Under the pieces are notes generated by a model, which was given only the letters and a program-made list of their open reading frames with translations, searched no databases and was not told the origin of the DNA. DNA of 56,267 bases from Bacteriovoracaceae bacterium (GTDB lineage: Bacteria; Bdellovibrionota; Bacteriovoracia; Bacteriovoracales; Bacteriovoracaceae). The position numbers and the translations under genes were made by a program. This document shows, one piece after another, positions 18,512 to 27,970 of the stretch. Numbering within the stretch: position 1 is the stretch's first letter; each line of letters opens with the position of its first letter. The stretch is from NCBI GenBank assembly GCA_018649885.1, contig JABIHA010000059.1, forward strand, positions 1 to 56,267, given 5' to 3'.

Positions 18512-19601
18512 TAAAGTCGCTCTTTTTTATAAATTTACTAAAACCGTCAATTTCTAGGCATTCAGGAAAGGCAATTTGTTTTTCATATTGTCTCAGACCC
18601 AGACCTGCCACCATCGCCGCGTTATCAGTGCAGTACTTGGGTGGAACAATATGAACACCGCTGAAATTTTCTACAAGTGATTTTCTTAGAAGCCCATTGC
18701 TGGCGACACCTCCGCCGACCACAATATTTTGGGCCAGGGTGGGATGGCATTCTAAGGCCTGCTTTAATTTATAGATGAGGGCATCTACTATTGCTTTTTG
18801 GTAGCTGGCACAAATATCTTTGAGTAATTGTGGCTGCTCCTGCGCACTCAAAAGTTTTTTTGTAGATGGGTCTCTTTTTACTAACAGCTTTGTCTCTAGG
18901 GCATCGATTGCATATCTCAGTGAGGTTTTGACTCCCGAGAAACTGAGGTTGATACGGTTTTTATTTTTGAGTCCAATGGGAAATGAAAATTTACGATCAT
19001 CACCATAAACCGCTATTTGATCTATTATGCGTCCGGCGGGATAGCCTAGACCCAATAGTTTTCCGCCTTTGTCGAAGGCCTCACCGGCAGCATCGTCAAT
19101 GGTTGAGGAGATGATTTCAAACTCAAATTGGCCTTTAACTAGTACATTCATAGTATGGCCACCGCTTACAAGCAGACCTATATAGGGATAGCTTATGGCA
19201 CTTTCTAAATGGATTGCCTCAAGGTGTGCAAACAAATGGTTGATGGGGACAATGGGCAATTCACTCATAAGAGAAAGTGTTTTAGCGCCGCAAATTCCGG
19301 TCAGAAGAGGTCCCATTAGGCCTGGATGTGTGGTGACTGCCAGAAGGTCAATATCACTAAGGGCGAGCTGTGATTTCTTCATGGCATCTTTAATAAGAGG
19401 AGTCATTTTTTTGAGATGATTTCTGGCCGCAATTTCGGGGACTACGCCTCCATAGGGGGCGAGTATCTCATCTTGGCCGTAGCTTTGATGGAAGAGAATT
19501 TCGGGTGAGGACTCCCAAATACCGGGAGTCCCTCTCAATATACATAGAGAGGTGTCATCACAACTTGTCTCAATTCCGAGTACGTAACGATCTTTTTCCA
19601 T
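18486..19601 (-). CDS. tsaD: tRNA threonylcarbamoyltransferase
   Basis: LGIETSCDDT, GGVVPEIAARNH, HLFAH, VSGGHT, DDAAGEAFDK, CTDNAAM. Confidence 0.97.
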   Translation of the reverse strand: MEKDRYVLGIETSCDDTSLCILRGTPGIWESSPEILFHQSYGQDEILAPYGGVVPEIAARNHLKKMTPLIKDAMKKSQLALSDIDLLAVTTHPGLMGPLLTGICGAKTLSLMSELPIVPINHLFAHLEAIHLESAISYPYIGLLVSGGHTMNVLVKGQFEFEIISSTIDDAAGEAFDKGGKLLGLGYPAGRIIDQIAVYGDDRKFSFPIGLKNKNRINLSFSGVKTSLRYAIDALETKLLVKRDPSTKKLLSAQEQPQLLKDICASYQKAIVDALIYKLKQALECHPTLAQNIVVGGGVASNGLLRKSLVENFSGVHIVPPKYCTDNAAMVAGLGLRQYEKQIAFPECLEIDGFSKFIKKSDFSGKTSKAK

Positions 19602-19607
19602 AGAAGA

Positions 19608-21254
19608 TTAATTACCACTTTCGGTACGTTTGGGACACGCCACTTCGCGTAATTTTGAAAGAAACTGGGCCTGGCCTAATTTTCCAGGAAGGCCTTTGCT
19701 ATTTTTTTCGTACCATTCGGGGGATTGGTCCTTAGTGTGGCATTTGACGCAATTGGTTTTCATCTTGTGGATCTTCTTTGATTTGGCCATTTTGGGGGGG
19801 CCGTCGCCAGAATCAAAGGGATGGGCGCTGGTTTTTCGGTGGCAATGAGCGCACTGAACATTGGCGAAATTTTCATCTACTTTGTATTTTTCATCTATTT
19901 TATCCCAAACTTTTTTGTGCTTTGTAATTTGAAATCCGCTGGTTTGGCGAAGAGCTCCAAGTTCTCCCAGGGAGCGGTAGAGCGCTCTGAAGTAGGCCTT
20001 TTTGAGGGAAGCAACCTTGGATTTTTTGAGCGCATTTTGTTCACTAAAGTGGATTAAATCTTGAGTTTTACTAAAGCCAGTTTTCATTCTATAGCCGAGA
20101 GTGTGACATTTAAGGCATTTAGGGTTGTTCAGCTCTTTAACTCTCATCAAGGTGTGGTAGGCCAGGGAGTGGGCGGTGGAGCCCCAAAACTTTGTTTGCT
20201 CTTGGTGGCATTCAACGCAGCTTGTGGCCGTGGGGTAGTCAAACTCTGTTTGAAACTGGCCCATTTTATTTTGTTCAGTTAATTGAATTTTAGAGAGCTT
20301 TTGTTTGAAAATGTCCATCTCAGCAATATAGGGGTTGGGTTTCAATTGATCTTTGAGTTCATCTCTAACTTGGATTTGGGCGTATTTTCCCTTTCGTTTT
20401 TTTCCAAGGGGGATGGTGATTTGGCCTAGGTAGTGATTGCGGCTGAGAACTTGCACAAGATTAGTTTTCCCGGAAGTCTTTGGGTAATTATTGAAGCTTT
20501 GGGAGTGGGCCCCTACGAACCAGTCAATTTGGGGAAGCTTGGCACTTAGATTTAAGTCGGTATTCATTCCCGAATGCGAGATAACAACAAAGTGATCCCT
20601 TTTACTGACAAAGCCAGCTTTTTGGATTTCTTTGTAAACATTTTTGAGCCCTGCCAGGGGATTTGTGAAATGATTTTTTAAATGGCTTCTGATGGTGGCC
20701 GGATCGATAACACCTGTTAGAAAGAGATACTTTGATCCCACTTTTATTTTGACCCATCTTTTGTATTTTATTTTTGTCCCTGGTTTGAGATTGGAGACTA
20801 AAAATGTATAAGAGGCGGTCTTTGAAAGTTCTTCTAGGAAGTTAAACCCATAGGCCAAATCTTGGTCGCCAAAAACCATGTATTTGAGGCCCATTTTATT
20901 ATAGAAATCATGAATTTTTCTGGCGATAAAAAGGTGACTATCTTTCATTGATTCAGGAACAGTTGCCGAGGGAAAGAATGTGTCTCCTGCATCGACAAAG
21001 AGAACGGGGTGTTTTTTTTCAATTTTTTTCAAAGCCCCGGCCACTTGGGGGATTCCACCTAACGGAAAATTCCTGCAGCCACAAGGGTGAGTTTCTCCGT
21101 TGACGTTACCAGAGAAAACCATGGAAAACTCTGAGACTCCGTCTCGTATTTCAAATTCTTTTTCATATTCTTCACCTTCCATTTTTTCTACAAGGCCCGA
21201 GCATTGGGAAAATAAAAAAATGAGAGGGAGCAGTAATATATAGTGGTATTTCAA
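19608..21254 (-). CDS. UshA/5'-nucleotidase-like domain fused to a tetraheme cytochrome c domain
   Basis: N-terminal export signal; GETHPCGC...GG, VDAGDTFF, ISHSG, GAHS; four CxxCH motifs (CVECH, CLKCH, CAHCH, CVKCH). Confidence 0.8.
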   Translation of the reverse strand: MKYHYILLLPLIFLFSQCSGLVEKMEGEEYEKEFEIRDGVSEFSMVFSGNVNGETHPCGCRNFPLGGIPQVAGALKKIEKKHPVLFVDAGDTFFPSATVPESMKDSHLFIARKIHDFYNKMGLKYMVFGDQDLAYGFNFLEELSKTASYTFLVSNLKPGTKIKYKRWVKIKVGSKYLFLTGVIDPATIRSHLKNHFTNPLAGLKNVYKEIQKAGFVSKRDHFVVISHSGMNTDLNLSAKLPQIDWFVGAHSQSFNNYPKTSGKTNLVQVLSRNHYLGQITIPLGKKRKGKYAQIQVRDELKDQLKPNPYIAEMDIFKQKLSKIQLTEQNKMGQFQTEFDYPTATSCVECHQEQTKFWGSTAHSLAYHTLMRVKELNNPKCLKCHTLGYRMKTGFSKTQDLIHFSEQNALKKSKVASLKKAYFRALYRSLGELGALRQTSGFQITKHKKVWDKIDEKYKVDENFANVQCAHCHRKTSAHPFDSGDGPPKMAKSKKIHKMKTNCVKCHTKDQSPEWYEKNSKGLPGKLGQAQFLSKLREVACPKRTESGN

Positions 21255-21276
21255 GCTATTTCCAATTATTCACCAA

Positions 21277-22104
21277 TCATTTAATTGTTGGTAAAACTTT
21301 TTTTGCCTCTTTTGCTGATTTACTTGTGGGGTGTTGTTTAAGAAGCTCGTTTAATGCGTTCTTTGCCTGATCTTTTTGACCTTTTCTTAAAAGGGTTTTT
21401 CCCAGATGAAGTAGGCCATTTTTGTTAAAACTAGATTTTGGAAATTCTTTATAGAGCTTACTAAAATAGATTAAGGCCAAGTCATTTTTCTTTTGGATAA
21501 AATGGATCATACCTAAATTGTGGTAGAGATGGGCCTTATTTTGTTTTGAGATATTTTTACTTTGGATTAACTGCTCCATAGCAGAGCGGGCTTTGGTGTA
21601 GGCACCTCTTCTATAGAGCTTCATGGCGGAGTCAACAGGTGACAGAGGTTTGCTAGCTGAGCGTTTACTCGATTTCTTTTTCCCTCTTCTGCCGCTGGAG
21701 AGATTTTTGAGAGTATTAGTTATATTTTGAAGAAATTTCTTCTGCTCTTTCAGCTGCTTTTCGATGTTCTCAATAAGTAGACTATGCTCGGTGCTTTTTT
21801 TCTCTAGAAATCCGGTCTGTTCTTGAAGTTGTTTTATAGAGGCACCGATTTCCTCTTCACGGGCCTTTTTCGAACTATGATCGACTTCTTGAATCCTTCC
21901 TTCGAGTTTTGCGACTCTTGTTTGGACTTCAACTATTCTGATGGACATATTAGCGGAGAGTTTTTGGTTATCACCAAACTGATTGGACATGTCGTCCATT
22001 TTTTTTTCTCTGGCAACTTCTTCGGTCGTTTTACACGAAGTGAATAATCCAGAAAAAATTAGGGAGCTTAAAATAAGTGGGAGGTAGTGTTTACAAGGTG
22101 GCAT
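21277..22104 (-). CDS. cpoB: CpoB/YbgF-like coiled-coil plus TPR lipoprotein
   Basis: Lipobox FTSC, coiled coil, C-terminal TPRs ending HPTSKSAKEA; located downstream of pal. Confidence 0.75.
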   Translation of the reverse strand: MPPCKHYLPLILSSLIFSGLFTSCKTTEEVAREKKMDDMSNQFGDNQKLSANMSIRIVEVQTRVAKLEGRIQEVDHSSKKAREEEIGASIKQLQEQTGFLEKKSTEHSLLIENIEKQLKEQKKFLQNITNTLKNLSSGRRGKKKSSKRSASKPLSPVDSAMKLYRRGAYTKARSAMEQLIQSKNISKQNKAHLYHNLGMIHFIQKKNDLALIYFSKLYKEFPKSSFNKNGLLHLGKTLLRKGQKDQAKNALNELLKQHPTSKSAKEAKKVLPTIK

Positions 22105-22107
22105 GCT

Positions 22108-22434
22108 TTATTCTTCCTCAAGTGCATCCTTACGAACTGCTTTGTATTCCGCCCGCTCAGAAAATTTCCTTGATAGTATGGCATATTGCTTAGCTTTGTT
22201 GAAATATTTTCTTTTGTAAGAAGACTTGGCCTTGAGATAGTAGTACTCGCCTTTGCGGTAAAGAGTAGAGGCGTAGCGATCTGCTTTGGTATCCTTAGCG
22301 GCCAAAAGGGCAGCAGCTGCGAGGCTCATTTCTAGCTTTGGTCTTGTGGTTGCCAGGCCACAAGCCTGTAGAAATAACAACATCAAAAGGATATTTACGA
22401 GGAACAGATAAAGGTATGAGTGTTTTTTCTTCAT
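22108..22434 (-). CDS. Small helical lipoprotein (DUF4398-like)
   Basis: Lipobox LQAC; A..AL.AAK...A..YA pattern. Confidence 0.65.
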   Translation of the reverse strand: MKKKHSYLYLFLVNILLMLLFLQACGLATTRPKLEMSLAAAALLAAKDTKADRYASTLYRKGEYYYLKAKSSYKRKYFNKAKQYAILSRKFSERAEYKAVRKDALEEE

Positions 22435-22436
22435 AT

Positions 22437-22470
22437 AAAAAAAGGTGTAGCCGCTTTATGCGGCTACTTT
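22437..22470 (-). terminator. Terminator-like hairpin after pal
   Basis: Minus strand GTAGCCGC-ATAAA-GCGGCTAC, then ACC and a T run. Confidence 0.6.
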
Positions 22471-22483
22471 TAATTTAAATTTT

Positions 22484-22993
22484 TTACTTTGCCGTAACGA
22501 CGAAGTTTCCTCTTCGGTTTTTTCCCCAAGAAGATTCATCGTGTCCAAACTCTAATGGTCTTTCTTTACCAAATGAGACAGTGGAGATTCTTTTAGAAGA
22601 AACACCCATGGCCACTAAGTAATTTTTAACAGCATTTGCTCTTCTTTCTCCGAGAGCTAAGTTGTATTGAACTCCGCCTCTTTCGTCGCAATGCCCTTCA
22701 ACCTGAACTTCAATTCCGTCATTTGATTTCAAAAACTCTGCATTGTTGTTGAGAGCTTCTCTGGTGCCTTTTGTAATGGCTGCAGAGTCATATGGGAAAT
22801 AAACAGTGGAAAGACCGCCTGCACTGCTTGAATCCGAGTCTCCGTTTAGAGACAAAGAAGATTCTTCTGATGGTTGATTGTCTGATGCATCCACTGAACT
22901 TGCAGAGTTTTTCTTGGCCGTTTTGCTTGAACAGCCGGTGAACTGGGCGGTTAGCGCAAGTACTACAAGTAGGTAGGGGAGAGATTTTCTCAT
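22484..22993 (-). CDS. pal: Peptidoglycan-associated lipoprotein
   Basis: AAGGAG RBS before ATG 22993; lipobox FTGC; VYFPYDS, EGHCDERGGVQYNLALGERRA, SFGKERP, NRR. Confidence 0.95.
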   Translation of the reverse strand: MRKSLPYLLVVLALTAQFTGCSSKTAKKNSASSVDASDNQPSEESSLSLNGDSDSSSAGGLSTVYFPYDSAAITKGTREALNNNAEFLKSNDGIEVQVEGHCDERGGVQYNLALGERRANAVKNYLVAMGVSSKRISTVSFGKERPLEFGHDESSWGKNRRGNFVVTAK

Positions 22994-23101
22994 TGATAGC
23001 TCCTTCAATTGAACTGAAAAAAATTTTTATTATTTTATTATTCTATTATCTTATTTATTTTCTTAAGTTTATCCTACACATTTTAAGATAAAAGCACAAA
23101 A

Positions 23102-25957
23102 TTGTATACGAGTGTAATTATGAAAAACGAAAATATGATGTTTATGAAATTCTTTTTGATGTCTTGGTTCTCATTTTTTGGGGCGCATGTTTATTCATCT
23201 GACCAAAATGATCTGGATTCAGAGGGCCTGTTAAAGACAAATCGCTTTTTCTTGACCAGTAAAACTGGGAGAGTTGATTTTGAAATTCATGTCCCAAAAG
23301 AAAAAAAAGAATTTGCTCTAAGAGTGCGCAAGATACTGGCAAACGAAGGAATGGAGCTGATAGACTACCTGGGATATCTGCCTACAGAGACTGTTCATCT
23401 TAGTGTGGACACATCATTTGAGACAGCAAATGGAGCAGCCACAGTTTTTCCAACTAATATGATTTATTTATATGACTTCCCTCCACTTGCCGAAGGGCAG
23501 CTTAGCTATTCTAAAGATTGGCTCAAAATATTAGTGATCCACGAGTTGATGCATGTACTTCACATGGATCAAACCACAGATTTTTTAGGTGCCATGAGAA
23601 GCGTTTTTGGCTCGAATATGAAGTGGGGTGGGATTGTACCCAGGTGGTTTGCAGAAGGCATGGCCGTTTGGGCTGAGACCCATTTTTCTGATGAAGGAAG
23701 GCTTTCTAGCCCTAGTTTCCATCACGAGTTTTCCAAATTATTAGTTAGACCCAGGTATTGTGACAATATAGATTGCCTAGATAATCCTGGTAAATTCCCA
23801 TTTGGAGGCCACGGCTACTGGGCCGGTGCTTTTTTTATGGATTGGCTCGAAAAGCAAAAAAGTGGCTCTATTCGTTGTTTAATTGAACAAAATTCAGGCT
23901 CACTTCCCTTCTTTTTAAACAATGCCTTTGAGACCTGTATGGGAGCCCCTGCAGCTCTTATGTTTTCCGCCTTTAGAAATAAGAAAATTCAGTCTTTGAG
24001 CTCAGCTCCTGATTTGGGATCCAAGGTGGACTACCATGGTGAGAATTTTCTCAACCTGCATCTGGGTCGCGCTCTTTCAAAGGACTACCTCGCTTTTGGA
24101 CTCGTTAAGGGAGATATTACAAAACTGGTAGTGGAGAATCTTGAAAGTGGCATTCAGAAAGAATTTTCTATTAATTATTATATTCAAAATATGGAATTTG
24201 ATAAAACTGGGAAGTCTCTGATTCTTCCCCTTTATTTTTACCGGGGAAGGGGAACTGCACGCTACCTAGGCCGCATTAATATTGAAACGATGAAATTTGA
24301 AGTATTAGGGAGCACCAGATCTCAGTACTTTTTTCAATCTAAGTCGGGACAAATCTTTTCTCTTGAATACAAAAAGTTAAGGTGGGGGGTGTACAGCTAC
24401 GCTGCCACTGATTACTCAAATCTAGATTTAGATGATAAAAAACTGCACAAGCAATTTCCGGCGATGTTTGATATCAGTAGACCCTTTGTAGTCAATGTTG
24501 ACGGGGTTGATTACCTCAGGTTTTTGACCCATATTCCGGAGAGCTCAGAATTTTCTGTTTCTCAGACAAGACTTGATAGTGCGGATTACAGCTCAACCAC
24601 GCTGTATCAAAGTCCTAAAAGTTTTGACCTTGTGGGGGACTGTAATGGGAAAACGATTATAAGAAATCCACTGGAAAGTGGAGTGATCTCCATAGAAAAC
24701 GATGCAAATAGTGTAAAGCTTACGCAGTATTCAGGAAAAGCAACTGATCGCTTAATTAGGGCAAATTTTTTCGAAAATAAGGGGATCATCTACTTTGATG
24801 GACTGCCTTTTCAAGGCCAAAAAGTAAAATTTGGTTGCGAGAAGCTTTTTTCTGAAGAAATAGCGGTGAAACAAGTTACAGCCCCGCTAAAAAATCACGA
24901 TATGTCGCCGATCTTAAGCGCCAACAAAAAGGCATATGGTAATGAATACAAGTATGGGGTTTATCCTCATCCAAGACTTTATCTCCCTCATTATTGGTTT
25001 CCCTCTTTTTTAATAGCAAATAAGGGTGGATATGTTGGTGCTCAAACTTCAGTTTCAGACCCCAATCAAAATCTTACCTTCAATTTAAAGGGAAAGTATT
25101 TCTATGATTTAGAAAAACTGGGCCTTGATGTAGACGGTGTTTTAAGACTAGGAGAGACCTATTTTCAAGGCCTTTATGAAAAAGCTTACGATGCCTACCG
25201 GACAAATTCCTACTTGGAGCAAGACTCCCACGGCGCTAGAGTCTTTTCTGATTTTCACATAGGCCACGTAACCCTGACTCCAGGAGCTTACTACCAAAGA
25301 AGTTGGATCTCCGACTTTTTAAGCCGTAGGAGATTAAAGACTTATGGCCTTTACAATGTTTTTTCTTACTATGCCAGGAACGAGGGGATGTTTTTAAATG
25401 ACATAACTTTTGTCAAAAGAATATTTAAACAAGAATCAAAAGTTGAAAATACCGCTTATGAATACTGGGGAGGTCAAGGAAAGTTGTCCATTGACTTCAA
25501 CCTATCAGCTCGCTTCGAGCTAGATCTCCTTGGAAGTTACGGTCGTTTGGGTAAAGCAAGTCTTGATAATGGGGTAATCATGGGAGGGGGTTATCAGGGG
25601 ACTCATCAATTTCTTCCACTTTTACACGGTGATCTTTACGGCAATAGTATTTGGACTGGAAGAGCTCAAGGAAAATTTCTATTATCAAAAAATCATTCAG
25701 GACCCGATTTCTTTCCCTACTTTTTAAAAAGGCTCTATCTCTTTGCTGGAGCTGAGATGGCCTCTGCAAATAGGGTATACATAGATTCAAAGTGGCATGG
25801 TAATAGAACGCTGACAGGTATCCACGGCGGGCTGAGGTCAACTTATACTGTGGCATACAGGATTCCCATTGCCATTGAGCTTGCTTATGCAAAAGTTATC
25901 AATAACTCCACGACGCAGCCAGTTTCATTCTTATTTATGTTCAAGGGTGGTTTTTAA
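23102..25957 (+). CDS. Large outer-membrane protein: zinc metallopeptidase-like domain, propeller-like middle and beta-barrel-like C-terminus
   Basis: ANGAAT, HELMH (HExxH), PRWFAEGMA; aromatic alternating C-terminal strands ending in Phe; start uncertain among several Met. Confidence 0.7.
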   Translation: MYTSVIMKNENMMFMKFFLMSWFSFFGAHVYSSDQNDLDSEGLLKTNRFFLTSKTGRVDFEIHVPKEKKEFALRVRKILANEGMELIDYLGYLPTETVHLSVDTSFETANGAATVFPTNMIYLYDFPPLAEGQLSYSKDWLKILVIHELMHVLHMDQTTDFLGAMRSVFGSNMKWGGIVPRWFAEGMAVWAETHFSDEGRLSSPSFHHEFSKLLVRPRYCDNIDCLDNPGKFPFGGHGYWAGAFFMDWLEKQKSGSIRCLIEQNSGSLPFFLNNAFETCMGAPAALMFSAFRNKKIQSLSSAPDLGSKVDYHGENFLNLHLGRALSKDYLAFGLVKGDITKLVVENLESGIQKEFSINYYIQNMEFDKTGKSLILPLYFYRGRGTARYLGRINIETMKFEVLGSTRSQYFFQSKSGQIFSLEYKKLRWGVYSYAATDYSNLDLDDKKLHKQFPAMFDISRPFVVNVDGVDYLRFLTHIPESSEFSVSQTRLDSADYSSTTLYQSPKSFDLVGDCNGKTIIRNPLESGVISIENDANSVKLTQYSGKATDRLIRANFFENKGIIYFDGLPFQGQKVKFGCEKLFSEEIAVKQVTAPLKNHDMSPILSANKKAYGNEYKYGVYPHPRLYLPHYWFPSFLIANKGGYVGAQTSVSDPNQNLTFNLKGKYFYDLEKLGLDVDGVLRLGETYFQGLYEKAYDAYRTNSYLEQDSHGARVFSDFHIGHVTLTPGAYYQRSWISDFLSRRRLKTYGLYNVFSYYARNEGMFLNDITFVKRIFKQESKVENTAYEYWGGQGKLSIDFNLSARFELDLLGSYGRLGKASLDNGVIMGGGYQGTHQFLPLLHGDLYGNSIWTGRAQGKFLLSKNHSGPDFFPYFLKRLYLFAGAEMASANRVYIDSKWHGNRTLTGIHGGLRSTYTVAYRIPIAIELAYAKVINNSTTQPVSFLFMFKGGF

Positions 25958-26340
25958 TCAATATTTTGTCTTACTGCAAGGCACTCAAAAGTATCGTCGC
26001 ATTTAATCTCAAATCCTGATGACACTAGGTCATTGAGTAGAAGTGTAAGTCGGCCATAGTGAGACAGATCAGCAGAGCCTTTGTAGTAGTTTCTGAGATG
26101 TCCATCACAAGTAAGTGGTAGGTTGTGCTTTTCGGCCTGAATAGTCTTGAGAGAAACGATACAGACTCTAAAGTAGGCCAGCTCTTTTCGAAGCGAGCCA
26201 TAGTTATAGGTTTTGATTGAAGCAATTTTTCTTCGTTCAAATTTTGCCAGTCTTTTATGGCGATGGTTGTATTTACTTTGGCTTCCACATCCAACTAACA
26301 CAAATAAAAATGTGAAGATGACTAGTAGGTCTTTCTTCAT
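25954..26340 (-). CDS. Hypothetical lipoprotein
   Basis: GGAGGAG RBS before ATG 26340; lipobox LVGC. Confidence 0.7.
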   Translation of the reverse strand: MKKDLLVIFTFLFVLVGCGSQSKYNHRHKRLAKFERRKIASIKTYNYGSLRKELAYFRVCIVSLKTIQAEKHNLPLTCDGHLRNYYKGSADLSHYGRLTLLLNDLVSSGFEIKCDDTFECLAVRQNID

Positions 26341-26474
26341 TGCTCCTCCATGACAATGTCCCATTCGGAATTTTTTCTTTTAAACTAAAGATTATTTAAT
26401 TAGGTGAGCAAAACGGTTCCTTGATAGAGGTTCCTTGTTAAGCCGCTCCTTGTCTGTCATTGAAATGACGTGTT

Positions 26475-26500
26475 TCAAAAAATTGACGTCAGTTTTTTGA
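26475..26500. promoter_or_regulatory. 26-bp near-perfect palindrome, candidate activator (UAS) site
   Basis: TCAAAAAATTGAC|GTCAGTTTTTTGA, one mismatch, ~65 bp upstream of a sigma54 box. Confidence 0.6.
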
Positions 26501-26563
26501 CAAAAAAAAATGGTGAAGTCTCTAATCACCCCATTTCATGGGTGATGCTATGTGAGGTAAAAC

Positions 26564-26579
26564 TGGCACGAGCGTTGCA
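26564..26579 (+). promoter_or_regulatory. Sigma54 promoter, full consensus
   Basis: TGGCACG-AGCG-TTGCA. Confidence 0.8.
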
Positions 26580-26589
26580 TTCTAAATAC

Positions 26590-26692
26590 ACGTGTGTGTG
26601 TAGGAGGGAAGCGAAGAAAGGATTTTTTTGTTTCTCTTTTTGTGACGTCTCTCAAAAAAAAAGGCCTAAAAGTATTTTGGGCCTTTTTTTTT
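26590..26692 (+). ncRNA. Candidate sigma54-dependent small RNA (~100 nt)
   Basis: Lies between a consensus sigma54 promoter and an intrinsic terminator; no credible ORF inside. Confidence 0.45.
26654..26692. terminator. Bidirectional intrinsic terminator
   Basis: A9-GGCCTAAAA-GTA-TTTTGGGCC-T9. Confidence 0.85.
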
Positions 26693-26724
26693 ATTTTTTT
26701 CTAGAAGCTCCAGCTAATAATCAA

Positions 26725-26910
26725 TCATCTCAAAGAAACTGTTCTGCTAAAATTTCCTACGGGTTTTTTATTTTCTGATATTCCGATGGCACCAATTTTA
26801 TTTTCTCGCAAAATAGCAACGGTTTCCCGTAGGGTTGTCTCTGGTGGGCAGCTTAAAATACTGGAAAAAATTTTGTGCTCAGTAATGTTTTTATCTAGGG
26901 CGCAATTCAC
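26725..26910 (-). pseudogene. Truncated CBS-domain gene remnant
   Basis: AAGGAG RBS; ILSCPPETTLRETVAILRENKIGAIGI...KPVG is a single CBS motif that breaks down where GI(F/L) is expected; no second CBS repeat. Confidence 0.6.
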
Positions 26911-26929
26911 TACTATCTCCTTATAAGGC

Positions 26930-27880
26930 TCATTTTAAATATTGGTATAAAAGTGAGGATATCGCCCTTGCCCCTTTGTTTGAGAGGTCTTCAAATAGAG
27001 GGTTATACTCATAAATACCTAAATATTTATTCTTATGGGAGAAGGCCTTATACCAACTTAATAATTCTACTATACAAGAAATCGGAAATCCATGTTGGCT
27101 AACGGCGCTTACGGCACTCATAGTGCCATGGTCAATAGCATCACAATCAATTGAAAGCATGAAAGCGCAGTTTTCTGTAAAGAGAACCTTTTCAAGTTGG
27201 GATTGAATCAAAGGGATTATAGATTTCCTAAAATATTGTCCCTCTCTTAAAATGTCATTAAAGCTAATAATTTTCATGCGGCCATTTTTAAGGGCCTGGT
27301 AGCTTTCTGGTGAATTGGAGTGTTCGCAGGTTCCGAGTTGGAGTATGGAAAATTCTGATTTTGTAAGTTCTGCAAAATCTCTAAAAGGAGTTCCACTATG
27401 CCTAATAGGATCAAGCCTAGTGTCGAGGTGGGGGTCAATATTGAGGACTATTATTTGATCATGACCCGAGGCTTCAAGTGCCATTAAGAAGGGGAGAATA
27501 TGATCTTGTCCTCCACCCAGGTGAACGCTGGTATGAGGGCCTCTTTTTAAGGTCTCTAAACACTTCCCCGCACTAATATTTTGGGCCTCATTAAATTTCT
27601 GATCACTGTAAAAATCAAAACATTGGGCCAGCTCGTGAGTGAAAATTGGATGATCAAAATGATCAACCATCTTTCCCAGAGAATTGATGATGGCCTGGGG
27701 AGCAAATCTGCTTCCTTTGCGCCCACCATTTCTGACTACACCACAATCACTTGATGAGGTGAATACTACGCGCGAGTTTTTTGGAAGCACAGTTTCTGTA
27801 GTGTTATGCTCGCTGCCACTTAGGGCCTTTATCTTACTAGCAAGTGACTGAACTACTCGGGTACTTAGATGATCCAACAC
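26930..27880 (-). CDS. Arginase-family hydrolase, formimidoylglutamase (HutG)-like
   Basis: DCGVVRNGGRKG, LGGGQDH, NIDPHLD, HSGTPF, SIDCD, SAVSA, EYNP. Confidence 0.8.
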   Translation of the reverse strand: MLDHLSTRVVQSLASKIKALSGSEHNTTETVLPKNSRVVFTSSSDCGVVRNGGRKGSRFAPQAIINSLGKMVDHFDHPIFTHELAQCFDFYSDQKFNEAQNISAGKCLETLKRGPHTSVHLGGGQDHILPFLMALEASGHDQIIVLNIDPHLDTRLDPIRHSGTPFRDFAELTKSEFSILQLGTCEHSNSPESYQALKNGRMKIISFNDILREGQYFRKSIIPLIQSQLEKVLFTENCAFMLSIDCDAIDHGTMSAVSAVSQHGFPISCIVELLSWYKAFSHKNKYLGIYEYNPLFEDLSNKGARAISSLLYQYLK

Positions 27881-27970
27881 ATATTTCCTTGTAAAGGGAG
27901 AGACTTTTCCTCCCTAGTAATAAAACCTGTTTAGGATAAAATAGTTTAGTGTAAAGGCCTTTGGCCAGTT

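Noticed and set aside
26470..26778. 102-aa plus-strand ORF
   Set aside because: Runs through a palindrome, promoter and terminator; no RBS; low-complexity translation
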